A DNA stretch of 64,000 nt. Origin: Anthoceros angustus (lineage: Eukaryota > Plantae > Anthocerotophyta). The DNA lies in assembly GCA_010909165.1 (NCBI GenBank), contig MU008182.1:62001-126000 (forward strand), in the 5' to 3' direction. This document shows, one piece after another, positions 12,290-25,149 of the stretch. The notes under the pieces are model-generated. The model was not told where the DNA came from. It was given only the letters and a program-made list of their open reading frames with translations, and ran no database searches. How positions within the stretch are numbered: position 1 is the first letter of the stretch; the number at the start of each line of letters is the position of its first letter. Both the position numbers and the translations under genes were made by a program.

Positions 12290-14519
12290 GTTAAAATTTT
12301 CAGGGATTTCCTCAGAGACTTCATGGAAGTCTTCCTTGACGACTTCTGCGTGTTTGGAGCAGTGAGGAATCATCTGGGCCACCTTCGCAAGTGCTTGGAG
12401 CGGTGTCGACAGACCCAATTGTGCCTACATCCAGAGAAGTGCTATTTCGGAATGCCAGAGGGCATCCTGTTGGGGCACCGCATCTCCGCCAGAGGGATAG
12501 AGGTGGACCCTGACAAGATCAAAATGATAGCCGCTCTTAAGCCACCCACAACGCTAAAGGAGCTTAGAGGATTCCTTGGAATGGTTGGCTATTACCGTAG
12601 GTTTGTGAAGAATTTCTCAAAGAGGGCAGCTCCACTACTTACGAGTTTACTTTGCAAGGATCAGGAGTGGGCATGGACGCGGGAGCGGGAGGACGCCTTC
12701 CAAGATCTTTGAACCACTTTAATCACAGCACCAACCCTGAGGGGTCCATACTGGAAAAAGAAATTTCATGTGTTCGTGGATGTATCAAAGATTTGCCATC
12801 GGATCGCCTCACCAATGGGAAGAGAAGAACAATGATTATCCATCTATTATGCGCAAAGCTCACCGATGCGGAACGGAAGTACACGACTACTAAAAGGGAG
12901 GCACTGGGAATGGTCTACTCGGTTCGCAAATTCCGTCACTATTTGCTCTCTTATGAGTTTGTCTTCCATATCGACCACTTCGCACTGAAACATCTGGTGA
13001 ACAAGATCGACCTATCTGGCCGCATAGCTCGTTGGATTCGATTGCTGCAGGAGTTCACATTTACAGTTGAGACATGGGAGGGCAACAAGCATGTTAATGC
13101 CGATTTTATATCGAGATTGAAGACGGAAGCGGTGACGCAGGCTCAGTACGATGATTTTCCCGATGAAGCTTTGTTCGCAGCAAAGATAGAGGGGGAAGCG
13201 GCCGGGCCGAATCGAAAGGTGGCAAATAATGGTGGTGCGGCAGGAAATGAGAAGGGGAGACCCGGATACACCAGGCCTACTTACTCAGAGATATTTGAGT
13301 TCCTGGGGTTGGGCAGCATCCCCCCGGACCTTTCGAGGCAACAACAGCATGCCTTCGTGCATTATTCACGTCCATTTATGTCCGCCCAGGGCACGGCTTA
13401 TACGTAGGACGGACGGAAGAGAAAGGTTGTAGAGGATGCACGATTCTCGCGTGTTATGGTTGCCAGCCGGAGGCGGGAGGACATTTCGCAGCACACATCA
13501 CGTGCAGGAAAATTCTCGAAACAGGATATTGGTGGCCAAGCATGCATCAAGATGCCAAAGAGTTTGTGAAACGATGCAACGCCTGTCAAAGGGTTGGCAA
13601 ACCCTCTGCCACAACCCAATGGCCATTGATACCGATCCTGGCACTGGCTCCATTTGAAAAATGGGGTGTAGACTTTGTTGGTCCCATCCAACCCAAAACG
13701 AGGAGCCGCCAAAATCAGTACATCCTGGTTGCCACCGACTATTGCACGCGTATGGTGGAGGCGCAAGCCCTCCAAGTAGACACAGCTCATGTTGTCACCA
13801 GGTTCCTCTATGAGCAGATTATTGCCCGTTATGGATGCCCCTTAGAGCTTGTCAGCGACAGGGGGTCGCATTTCGCAAATGAGGTCATTTCTCATATGAC
13901 GGTCTACTTCAATGTTCGCCACAGGAAAACAACTCCTTATAATCTGAAGGCGAATGGGTTGACAGAGAAGGAAAATGGGCTCTTATGCAAGATCCTGAAC
14001 AAACTCACGGTGGAATATGCATACGATTGGGATCTCAAGCTTCACTCGGCACTTTGGGCATATAGGACTGCGGAAAAAATAACGACTCAGCAAACACCGT
14101 ACTACCTCACCTACGGCCATTTTTCGGTAATGCCTGTTGAATTTGAAATTCCTACCCTGCGCATCCAGGAATTTAACCGCATGACAGTTGAAGAAAGTCA
14201 ACTGGAACGTCTTGTCAGCTTCGCCAAACACACCGAGGATAGGGAACAAGCGCTGGTTGTCATGCAGGAGGTCCAGGCAAAATGAAAGGCATGGCATGAT
14301 AACCGGTTGCGGAAACAAGAGTGGGTGGCACCTAGTGACTTGGCCTTATTGTATGACAATAGATATATGCACTTTCCAGGCAACCTTCACCTTCGATGGA
14401 TGGGCCCATATAAAGTCCTAGAGGTTTTCGCAAATGGCTCCATACAGCTCCAACAGTTAGACGGGCTGCCCCTACCAACCAGGATCAACGGTTGGAGAGT
14501 CAAGAAATACTACACATGA
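12290..14519 (+). pseudogene. Ty3/Gypsy pol, 5'-truncated (RT C-terminal part, RNase H, integrase, GPY/F)
   Basis: EVFLDDF, LRGFLGMVGYYRRF, ERKYTTTKREALGMVYSVRKFRHYL, CNACQR, WGVDFVGP, SDRGSHF, RWMGPYKV...INGWRVKKYY. Confidence 0.93.
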
Positions 14520-14717
14520 GTTGGCGAGGGCGCCAACAAATGAAAAAGGGAGTATGTAAACGATCTGGATTTCGAAACTCCCTGTTGGATTGTGTCTTTG
14601 AGTGATTTTTTGTTTTTTTCTGCTAAGTTTGGTGTCCAAGCGAGCTAGGTTGTCAGTAGAAGGGGGTATTTATACTAGAAAGTGTCCTTGGCCTATGGGT
14701 TTGAGTTGTTTTCTAGA

Positions 14718-16800
14718 TTAAATAATAATTGGTCCTTGGACTATAAACTCGATACTCCTGGGCCTTTGACCAGGAACATAAGACTCCTCATCCATGTGCC
14801 ACAACATAATAGGGCCTCCTACTGTAGATGAGGTGCTTACCCCCTCCTCCCGTGGGCTACCCCTGGCCGCCTGTTCCATGCCCTCGAAAGATGCCACGTC
14901 GCCTCCTGTTGCGCCGCTCATAGTTGCCTCAGAGGTGGGTTCTCCAATGTCGGTGGGAATTTCCGCTACCCCGGTAGTAGACTCCAAGACAGTCGTTTGT
15001 TCAACAACCATGGTAGGGATTTCTGCTACCGCGGTCGTCTCTCCCTTCCTTCCGGTAGTGCCTTCCACTACCTCGGTCGTGGACCTGCTGCTCCGCTTCC
15101 CTTTTCCCTTCTCCTTTCTGACTCGGCCACGCGTCTCGTCTCGTTCCCGCTTGTACCGGTCCGCCAACTTCCGGACCTTCTCCACAGAGGCTACCTCTTG
15201 CTCTTGGGCCATAGCAGTTCTCCACGCATTTCTGATTTGCTTCATGGGCATCCTTGATGCGGGCCATGGGCCTTCCTGTGACTCGTCATGGTGTAACTCC
15301 TCCGGGCCTGCGTAAATCCTCCTAAATTTTGATCCTCATCTCCTCCATTATGCCTTGTCTTCCTCCAACTGTTTTCGCCTAGCCTCCTCCTCATCAAATT
15401 TGGCCTTCACCACTTCCTCTCGTCACCCCTGCCCAGGCGGTGAGTGCCAGCGCCTTTGGTCCAGCATGTCCGACTGAGCCCGAATCATGGCTGTTGTTAG
15501 CTCCTGCAGATCCATTTGTTGAGGAGGGGCCGCGCCGGACGCCATTCAATGCCCTATCAACCACCTTTTTTCCCCAGCAAGGTGCGTACCCAAACTATCT
15601 CCACCACATCGACCTCAGTCGCCAAGGGAGCTCCTTTGAAGATTTCTTCCCACCCTGGTGAGGGTTTCGTTGCTGGGGCCAACCCTAATTCTTTCGGGGC
15701 CTGTTCATCACCTGCATCCAGGTCAACAAAATTGTCTTCCTCAGGTCGCGCCTCTTCATCTGACAAATCAATCCGTCGCTTGGCCTTCATCTTCTTCGCT
15801 TTTTCCTGCAGCGCGACCCCCGCCTTCGACCTAGTGACGTGCGCGTCCACCTTCCCCTCCTTTGTTGAGCCTCGCCTGACTCCCTCGGCCTTCCTTTTCT
15901 TGTCTGTGGTGACCTCCTTTTCTTCTCCAGAGCTTCCCGTTGCCGCAGACTCCCAGCTGCCAGATCCCTCCTCTATTTCTTCCTTGGGCTCTTAGCTTTC
16001 CACTTCACCTCCTAAACATGGAGGAGGCCACAATCTCTATCTCAGGCAAACAGTTAGAGTGTGCATACATGTGAACCAGGAAGGGCGAGATTAAGGAGGG
16101 GCGAGAAGGAAGGTCGTTGACCTCTCTTCGCACTTGTCAAAAATAATCCATTTAATGATCCTTGTACCCTTGACAACCTCATGGAGAAAAAGCAGCAAAT
16201 GGTCAGACAAATAATCATGCTTCTTGTGCTGCAGGAAACAAAGGAGCCATCTGGCCAGACCCATAAGCTGCGCAGAAACCATTTCTCGGGTCAACCATCC
16301 ATTGGGTTCCCGAATTACGCCCGTCTTGACCAGAGCCGCTGCTGCTGCCGTTGTGCTCCTCTTTCGGGAGGGCTCAATTACCAATCCTCCCGCTTCCTCC
16401 TCACTGTGCCCATACACCTCCCTGACCAACTCGACATCCCAATCCTGGGGCCTCGCCGTGAATCCTTCCCCTGGTTGCTTAGCCTTCAGCTGGCGAGCAC
16501 ACTTGTGCACCAAACTTGGGCTCACATAGTTCCATCGTTTCTCCATGAAGCTGAGCCTCAGCTCCCTCACCAATCCTCCAGCTCGGACCCTCCAATGGTC
16601 CATATTTGGCCATTGGGCGGTCAAAATTTCCGCTGCGGCCTTGGGCGCCATGCTCCCGCAACAACTTCACTGCCCACGGAGCCTCGAACTGCTGATAGCT
16701 CGCCTCAGAATTTCCAACTTGGTCAGTCCCCCAGGGTTCCTACCTCCACGACCTCGCTACGCCGCCGCCAGCGCCTTCCTTTTTCGGGCCCATGAGCCTC
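14718..16800 (-). pseudogene. Antisense accessory ORF downstream of the Gypsy integrase
   Basis: Minus-strand ORFs at 16091-16651, 15557-15850 and 14718-15251: a globular NGW-containing domain followed by acidic/coiled-coil low-complexity sequence; similar in kind to the ORF at 61919-62956. Confidence 0.6.
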
Positions 16801-18689
16801 TCACTTGCCACTGAGGAGGGTCCGAGCTACCTCCCTCGTCAGCGCCTCGCGCCTTCCTGCTGATTGCAGTGCTCCTCCTCGCCTTGGCTAAATGCGCCAC
16901 AGCTCACTCTAGTGCTTCACGCCCCGCTCCTCGACGCTCCGCCCCGTTACTTCAACTTGAATCGCCTCCGACCTTTCCGAGTTTTCTTAGGGTTATATCC
17001 CCCTGAAGTTCCCCGACCACCAGCCGGCTTCCGCTACCACTTCTCCCTTCCGCGACCGCCCTTCCAGTTCTTCGACCTCCTTCGGAGCCTAGCTCCCACA
17101 CTCCCCAGTCAATGACCACACAGTTCCCTCTGGCCCGGTTGGTATTCAGCGTTATCGGAGAGGCGGTGAAGAGAAACTCCACACTGCGGCCTCGGAGCCT
17201 TGACCTCGCTGACCAAGCATGGGGGTGTCTCTCACTAAGAGCAAGTGGCGGGATAAGGGCAAACACAAGGTGGCTGCGGTATAGAAGATGACGGCTTTGG
17301 AGTCTCATCGCTTCACCGACTACTCGATTAGAAATGCGTTGTGACCTCGTTGACGACTAAAGCTGGTGTGTGTGGCGTGTCTTCACCCCGGTGTCAAGGT
17401 GAGGATTATGGAGATCCCTCACGTATACGGTTCATAAGGTGGACGGAGGAAGAGGATGTGCCCGCAACATGGCTGGGGCATGATGTACGATCTGTGACGG
17501 TGCTTATGTAACACGGCCTTGCTCGCACCAATCGCCCAGGCTGTTATGCCCAAGTCCTTTGTGCCATTGTCACGGGAACTTCCATTCTCTCGTGGTGGAT
17601 CATTTGATGGAGGCTTTGGAGCCACCACAATCATCACAGGGGTTGGTAGGAACCATTCGAGTTCCGCCGTGCATGGTCAACTTTCGAGTTAGTACGAAGA
17701 TTGCAGGCTCCTTTGTTCCTTAGCGGATCCGGATGTTGGCGATCAATATGCTGCCACGCTTAGCAGTTGGTTGCTCGGACGGGGCCGTCCTCGGCGTACC
17801 ACCCGAGGTCTCTATACGGCCGGGCGGCTACAATTGGTCAAGGGCTTGGCAGGCGGTGGCTGGCAAGGAGGTGCGATGTCACAATTGGCTCGAGCTTCGC
17901 ATGGTCATCCCATGATCCAGCCTACTCGGCGGATCACAGTGCCTATCAACCATGCCGTGGTTGACAATCGAGGTGTATTCTCAATGGAGTAGCACCACGG
18001 GTGGTGCTCTTGGACACCGGAGCACAACCTTATCATCGGTCAAGCCTTGGCGGCCGCATTCTGAGGTGGGGATGCTCTCAAGAGTCGTGGAGTAGTCATT
18101 ACCGCCACAGGGCCATCGAGCAGTTCAAGGCGAGGCAGTGTCCGATTTCTATCGTCTTGAAACCTGGTACTAACGATGTTGTTCAGCTGGACTTGCCCTG
18201 TTTGGTATCAGCTGCCACCAACTATGACATCCTGCTTGGCGAGAATTTATTCCGCACGAGTTGGGATTGACTGGGGAGGCGAGCATATTATCGTCCGGAT
18301 TGGCGGCGGGGTGGTCGGCGTTTAGCCTACATTCCTTTGGACTTACATCATCAGCTAGCTGCCGGTGACGTTGCATTGGTTGACCGCCAAGCATGTCCGG
18401 CGTTACGTTATCCTTTGTTACCTCAGGATGATCATCACATCTCTTGGATTTTTACAGAGGATGATGCCAGTCCTGTTGTTTCTAATGATGTGGATACTAT
18501 TGCCCCTGATGCGAGTGCCCCGTTGTCGAGTCAGGCAGTATGGTATGCTGCCCGGCGGCATGTGGAGTATGCTTTACAGCAATTTCATGCGGCCGGGATT
18601 GAGGCCGGGACAAAGCCGTTTCTTGAGTCTGCTTCAACGTTGCTTCCACCTTTGAATCAACATACCATTATTTGGCCCGTGTGTACAGC

Positions 18690-19600
18690 GGGTTATGTGG
18701 TGTTGGAATTATTCGGGGGTTTGTGCACTGGCTTGGAGGCTCTATTACGTGCTGGCGTTTTGGTGCGTCAATATTATTACTGTGACAATTGTCCGGTCGC
18801 TCAACAGATTGCTGGGCATCGCTTGCAGCAGTTACATTCTCGCCATGCTAGTTTGTTTCCGATCTCTGCATTTGTGACTACGTTCACTGCTTTACCTCAA
18901 GATGTCGGTGACATTCACCAATCCCACATCCAGGCTTTGCCTCCGGTTGATCTGGTGATCGCTGGATGGGAGTGTCAGGGGTTTTCCCGTGCTGGCCAAG
19001 GTGCGGGTTTGCAGGATCCACGGAGCGGATCGTTTTTGTCGTTGGCTCGTATTTTGCATTGGCTTCAGCAGGTGCACCCTCATATGGTGTATGTTCGAGA
19101 ATACTCCGGCACATTTAGATCCTCGGCCGCACTTGTTTTGATGCTACGTTGATCCAACATGTGGTGGGATCTCCGTTTGTCATGGATCTTTCGCAGTCGG
19201 TAGCTTTGCCCACCGTTACGCGCTATTGGACCAATTGGGCTCCATGCACAATTTTGCAATTGGCACTTGACATCTGATTCGTGATGATCAGCTCCGGTTG
19301 CAAGATGTTTTGGAACCATATCATAGTCCGGTGAAGGCGTGGAGAAGTCTCCGTGGTTTCCAACTAATCGGCACCGGCATGCCGCGCCGGACTCTACCAC
19401 TGGTCGGTTTTCCGGTTCTTATGCGTATCGTGGGGGTCAATGGGCTGTTGTTGGAATGTTCGTGCTCAACGATGGGAGGAGCCCTCTTGGAAGAACGAGA
19501 ACGTATCATGGGGTTTGATACTCATACTCAGTTGGCGTCACTTACAGTCGGATTGCTGCTCTCGGGCGTGCTATGGATTTACGCTTACACGGCTTGTTAC
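18690..19600 (+). CDS. DNA (cytosine-5)-methyltransferase domain embedded in Gypsy pol
   Basis: Motif I VLELFGG..G; DV.DI; motif IV DLVIAGWECQGFS; DPRS..F; EN across a frameshift (~19097); AHR.R.YWTN; ERERIMGF; LGRAMD. Confidence 0.9.
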
Positions 19601-22479
19601 CATTTGTTTAGTGTTTCAAATCTTGTCGCGTGCTCCGTTTGTGGGTTTATTTCCTCAGTGCTGGAGCATGTCATCCGATGTCGCTCACTTGCCCTTTCCG
19701 GTTAGATCTCTCTTATACTGGATCTTTGGGGAGTCAATAGCTTTTCGTGTCCATCATTCGGTTTCGGCTTGTATGGTGAGCAATTCGGATTCGGAGACCA
19801 CGTTTATCATCACCGGCCGGTAGCCTCGATATGTTTCCACAATATGGGGTCTCGGTTGATGAAGATCGGAGGCAGTTAAGTGACCCTGGCTAAATCCGAG
19901 ATTGTTTTGCCTTCTCTATGAAGGAGCCGGGTACTTGTAATGTGATGAAGTTCCGTGTTCAGCTGACCACTAATGAGCCGGTTCTGACGCCCGGTACCGT
20001 CTTAGCCCTGCCGAGTGGGAGATCGTGGACGCACGTTGTAAGGAGTTACATGAAGTCGGGTTGATTCGCCATCCACGTCGATTTTTTTGCGCTCTTCCAC
20101 CCAAGAAGGATAGTCGATTGTGGGTGGCATGTGTGGTGATTATCGGCCTCACGACGCGATCCGCAGGATCGTTATCCTATGCCTACCGGAGGAGTTATTT
20201 GATCGATTGGACAATCTTCGCTTTTTTGTTGGACTGCGTGATTTAACCAGTGCCCATGGCGGATGAGGACATCAAGAAGATGGCGTTCCACGGCTCGCAA
20301 CAACTTTGGGAGTGGCTGTTCATGCCTTTTGGGTTCCGTAATGCTCCTGTTACGTTTCAGAGAATCATGGACAAGGTGTTGGCGGGTGCACCACATCTCT
20401 TGTGTTACATCGATGATGTGTTGGTTCACAGTCGAGACTTTCACACACATTTGATTCACTTGGAGGACCTATTTTGTCGGCTTCGCAAGGCAGCATTGAA
20501 GTGTCATCCCGCCAAGTGTGAGCTGGGTGTTGATACGATTGATTCTAGGTCATAGGATTGTGCCTAACGGCATTATGCCTCACGCTGCTAAGGTTCAGGC
20601 TATCTTGGAGGTACCTGCGCCTACTAGCGTGTCCATGTTAAGGGCATATCTGAGCCTCTGCCATTATTATCGCATTTACATTCAGGATTTTAGTCGTATT
20701 GCCAAGCCTCTCAATGAGTTGTTACGCAAGAATGTCGCTTGGGATTGGGCAGAAGCATGTGAGCAAGCGTTTCTTATGTTGAAGGACAGGTTCAACCTGT
20801 CATGGCTAGACCTGATTTTGACAAACCATTCGTTGTGCATACAGTTGAGTCGGTTTGGGTTTGGGTCTTGCTCGCCCAATTGATGATGCAGTCATGAAGC
20901 GTGTAATTGCGTATGCTTCGCAGATTGCAATAGAGCTGAGTAATTACCCTAGTTATGAAGGGAGTGTTTGGCTGTGGGTGTATGTCATTTTACTTACTTG
21001 TATGGTGATTTGGTGACGGACCATCAGCCTTTGAAGTGGTTGATGACTAACACCCAATTGAGTGGCAAGTTGGCTCGGTGGGCAATGACCTTACAAGATT
21101 ATGATTTTGAGGTTGTTCATCGTCCGGAGCTTGTCACCGAGAATCTTGATTTGTTATCACGGCATCCTGTGGAATCTAGCGAAGACCATACAGAGGCACG
21201 ATTTTGACGAGAATGGGATGGTGTGATGGCTTTATGCCGTGCCGGAGACTTGAGCATTGTGCTGTTTATCGGCTTGTTGGGCATGGCGAGACATTTGACA
21301 GTTCGGAACCATGCATTATTTACCAAGCTGGTTCATACCCGTAGGGTGTACAAGCTCTGAAAACACGCATTCGACGGGCGGCGGATACAATTGGCGAGAT
21401 GGTTATCTCGCGGTGGCGGCAGGCGTTGTGACACGCCGCCACGGGATCGGAAGTCGTTGGTCTTTGGCTCATGCCGACATGGGGCATTTTGGCGTCAAGC
21501 GAGCGTATAGTTTGTTGGCTCCTCATTTCCATTGGAGTGGCATGTATGGTCAAGTTCGTGATCCGATAGCCCAATGCGGCGGCGGCGGTAAAGGCTTCTT
21601 TTAATATCAAGCCATCTCAGCCGTTACCTATCGGTCTTTTCTTTTGGTCTTGCGATCTTATTGGTGAGTTGCCTAAGGCGGACGGGGTAATGTTTATGTG
21701 ATGGTGATGGTAGAACACTTTTCTAAGTGGGCTGAGATTGTTGCTTTGCCCGATAAGAGCTCGAAAGCCCAAGCCTTTTACTGCATGTGCTTAGTCGGTT
21801 TGGCGGTATGCGAGAATGTCTCACGATCGAGTGGAGTTCGTGGAGAATTTCGATTGTTGGATCATGCTTTCATTGATCATCGACGAACTAGTCGAGATCA
21901 TCCCCAAGCAGATGGGTTGGCTGAGCGTTTGGTTCAGACCATTAAGCAAGGTTTACGTAAACTGTTGTTGACAATGCCTCAAGCTGATTGGGACCTGGCG
22001 TTGCCGTATGTGGCGATGGGGTATCGTATGAGTAAGCACGCTGCTTTGGCCCATTTTTCTCCCTATTTCTTGCTCTTTGGGCGGGATCCTGTTCCTCCTG
22101 TCTCCATTGCCAAGGAAATGCATCGTAGTGGCCTGATGATGATCACACATGGGCCCGGCGGTTGGTGGCGGGCATTTTGGTGAGGCCATGCCTATGGCTG
22201 TAACCTAATCGATTGCTCGACGCATCGAGACACGTTGCGTTATGCTTACACTCGCGGTGGCCACCCTAAATTGAAGAAGTTTCACACGGAGACTATGTTT
22301 ATCTGACAGCCAATGTCTGGAACCTTCTACTCGAGAGACATGTATTGCGAGTTAAAGAGGTCTTTGACAGTGTGTTGGTGTTGCAAGTCGATGGACGGCG
22401 CTCAAGGAGCACATGAAGAATTGTGCTCCTTGCCATCTTCCTCTGGACCCCACGATCGTTCTGATTGGTTAGGTTCGAT

Positions 22480-22612
22480 TATCCATGCCAAGTCGCGGCG
22501 CATCGGCGATCCGGAGCTTATGTTGTTGTGTGGCGGATGCAATGGTGGATTCCATCTATTTTGTTTGTCTCCACCACTCAGAGGTGCAGGTGTTTGGTAT
22601 TGCCTGCCTCTC
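22480..22612 (+). CDS. PHD finger at the integrase C-terminus
   Basis: MLLCGGCNGGFHLFCLSPPL...WYC fits the C4HC3 pattern; the first Cys pair is frameshifted. Confidence 0.85.
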
Positions 22613-22725
22613 GGAGTAAGGGTACTCGGGAGCGGTTTGGCGCTGTTATGTGAGTCTTCTTGGTTGTTTGGTTCTCCTTGGCGGTGATGTTGCGACTTTG
22701 GGCTTGACGTCCTTCGCCCTGGGAA

Positions 22726-23010
22726 TGAGGTCGACAATTATGTCGATTCTTGTTTTGTTTTGTTGTTATAAACTTAGGCTGCGGAATGAGAGTAGCCGTG
22801 TGACTTAGCATGGTTTGGAAGGTGTGTTCGATGTGTCTTGAAATGCATGGTTGCTTTGGATGGTAGGATGAGGTCGACAATTATGTCGAGGATTCTTGTT
22901 TTGTTTTGTTGTTATAAACTTAGGCTAGAATGAGAGGTATTGGCCGACTTAGCATGGTTTTGGAAGGTGTGTTGCGATGTGTCCAGAAATGCATGGTTGC
23001 TTTGGATGGT
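22726..23010. repeat. ~140-bp tandem duplication
   Basis: ATGAGGTCGACAATTATGTCG..TTGTTTTGTTTTGTTGTTATAAACTTAGGCT occurs twice. Confidence 0.85.
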
Positions 23011-23044
23011 ATTATATGACACATGGTACGGCGTCACGATGTCA

Positions 23045-24060
23045 TCACGACAAGGGTCAAGGTCAAGGATCCACGGCATTGTTCTATGACTGATGAGGAT
23101 CTTGCGGCAGTCGAGAAAGGGCAAGAAAGGCCGTGTGGATACATGTTGGAGAATGTGCCCGGCATGCATGGCGTGAAGAAGCAAGTCGGGAGGACTTTGA
23201 TCCGAGTGTTGGGTCGGGAGCTTCTATTGGATGCGACTCAATTTGGTTCGAGGGCTCATAGGTTGAGGTCCATGTGGACTAACCTTGCTCCTTGGAACAT
23301 TTGAAGTGTCTTGGTCGTTCACCAAGCGACCTAATCATGTTGTCAAGGATGTGCTAGCATCGGAAGGCATGCCCAACAAGTCATCAAGGCGACAAGCTAC
23401 CACACTTCCACATGAACACGCTGGACACCCCATGGCTTGGCCAACCTTTGTGTCCAAGTCCAAGTCTTACGCCTTGAGAACCATGGCCCGGCGTTGTGGT
23501 GGGCCAGACATGGCGAGGCCTTGGGAGAGCCAACCACGAGAGGAGTTGGCCATGGGATTTCTTCAGCGAGACACAGTGGACCGAGAAGGCAGTGTCGATT
23601 GCTTGGGCAAGCATTTGACATGAACATGATGACTGGTTGTTTATGGGTACCAACTTAAAACCGAGAAGAAGGCGGGGTTGAAGCGGGTTCGGTGGGTGAA
23701 GGACATTCCGGCACTCGCATCTCAACAGAGAAGGCGAGTTTGGAGGGCAAGAGAGTGAGCACGTGGAAGGCGTGCAAGCCATCGAGCCACACATGAGTGG
23801 TTAACAGGTCGAGTTGAAGAGCAATCAGCGTCGGCTAAAGGAGTTGTTGGAGGCATCGCGACATGTGTTTGCTTTCACGCTTGCGGAGATGGGGAAGTAC
23901 ACCAAAGGGAAGTTCCACATAGAACTGACCACGGATGAAGGTGTTCCGTAGGAGGCACAAGCTCAGTAAGGGAAGAAGAAAATGACGAGCAACCAGCTGG
24001 GGGGGAGAGTAGTCCAGATGATATGTTGGCCATGCGCAGGAGGATGTTGAAGATAACCCT
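23045..24060 (+). pseudogene. Second, divergent DNMT C-terminal half followed by pre-RT linker (fragment of another DNMT-Gypsy)
   Basis: KDPR, YMLENVP, GSRAHRLRSMWTN, REELAMGF, LLGQAFDM; then LKELL...VFAF...FHIELTTD. Confidence 0.8.
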
Positions 24061-25149
24061 CCACTTATGGACAAGGTTCATAACCTCTGGATGACATTCC
24101 CGAAGAAGATTGGTTTTGTGTACAATGCGCTAACAAGAGGTGCGTACGTGTGTAGTCCTACTAATGATAATGTTTTGACTTGGAGTCTCACATTATCAGG
24201 GGGGGATTGGTTTGCACCTATATATCTGCGTATTAGATTTGTTTGCTTGGTTGTTGGTCGAGGAAGTGCTTATATGAATTCAAGTGCTTACCTCGTGCGA
24301 CACTTGAGACAGAGAAGTAGGCTCATCTGGAATGATGGGGCTGACAACTAGGTTAGTCCTAAAGTCAATAGATTGGTAACGGGGCTCTTCCCATTCAGAT
24401 GGTGGTGGACGATGGCGAGCAGATCGCCTCAATTCAGGTTCAGGGGGTTCTTCCTCAACAGGCTCAGCTTCGACATAGTCATGGAGAAGTCCTTCGACAA
24501 CATTCTATGGAAGATTCTCATGAACAGGAGCATCACCATTGGCTGGAAAATCATCTGGGTCAGGCTGTAAGTCCTGGTCAGCATCGGGGGCCTCCACAGG
24601 TTGCCAGTCATCGCCCAAAAGGAAATAGTTCTAGGGTTGATGATGACGAAGATGGCCGAACAAGCATGTGAAAGCGATCCTCTCCGGGAGAGCGATGGAG
24701 AGGCAAGGAAAAGGCGATTCGCAACCACGACCAAAGCACCATCATGTCTACGAATAGGGGCAATTCGAGGATTCAATGGAACAAAAAGCAGAGGTACTTG
24801 CGAGTATAGATATCTGGATGGATAGTGGAGAATATGAAGAGCATGAAACCGCAAATGAAGATGTTGAGGACGGCGATGTGCAGCGGACAATAAGCGAGTT
24901 GAAGCCGACAACAACAGAGGATATACATAGCGAGGGGCTCAAAACGTTCGTCTAATGTCCGAAGAATCGCCATGCATTGGAGGATGCCCAGCAGCTTCTA
25001 CAAAGTGGGCGGTAGGGTCAAAGAATGCATGAAGGAGCGAGCCGTGTACAACCAACCTCAAAGGAGGTAGCGGATGTTCGAGTTTCACTGCAAGGACAAA
25101 GGTAAACCGGCGGGGAAAAGAGGAAGAGGAATGACATTGGCGAGACACC

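Larger units (their letters stand above)
17400..22700 (+). mobile_element. Ty3/Gypsy element with domain order protease-DNMT-RT-RNase H-integrase-PHD (LTRs not resolved)
   Basis: VLLDTGA/YDILLG (18001-18240), C5-MTase motifs, MPFGFRNAP/CYIDD (20320-20420), TDHQPLKWL, HADMGHFG, HPQADGLAER, PHD finger. Confidence 0.88.

Noticed and set aside
18690-19600. Bacterial restriction-modification contamination
   Set aside because: The DNMT is collinear between retroviral-type protease and RT, with no restriction enzyme or operon context
24195-24215. AGGGGGGGA as PPT marking the DNMT-Gypsy 3' LTR
   Set aside because: No matching upstream LTR copy found
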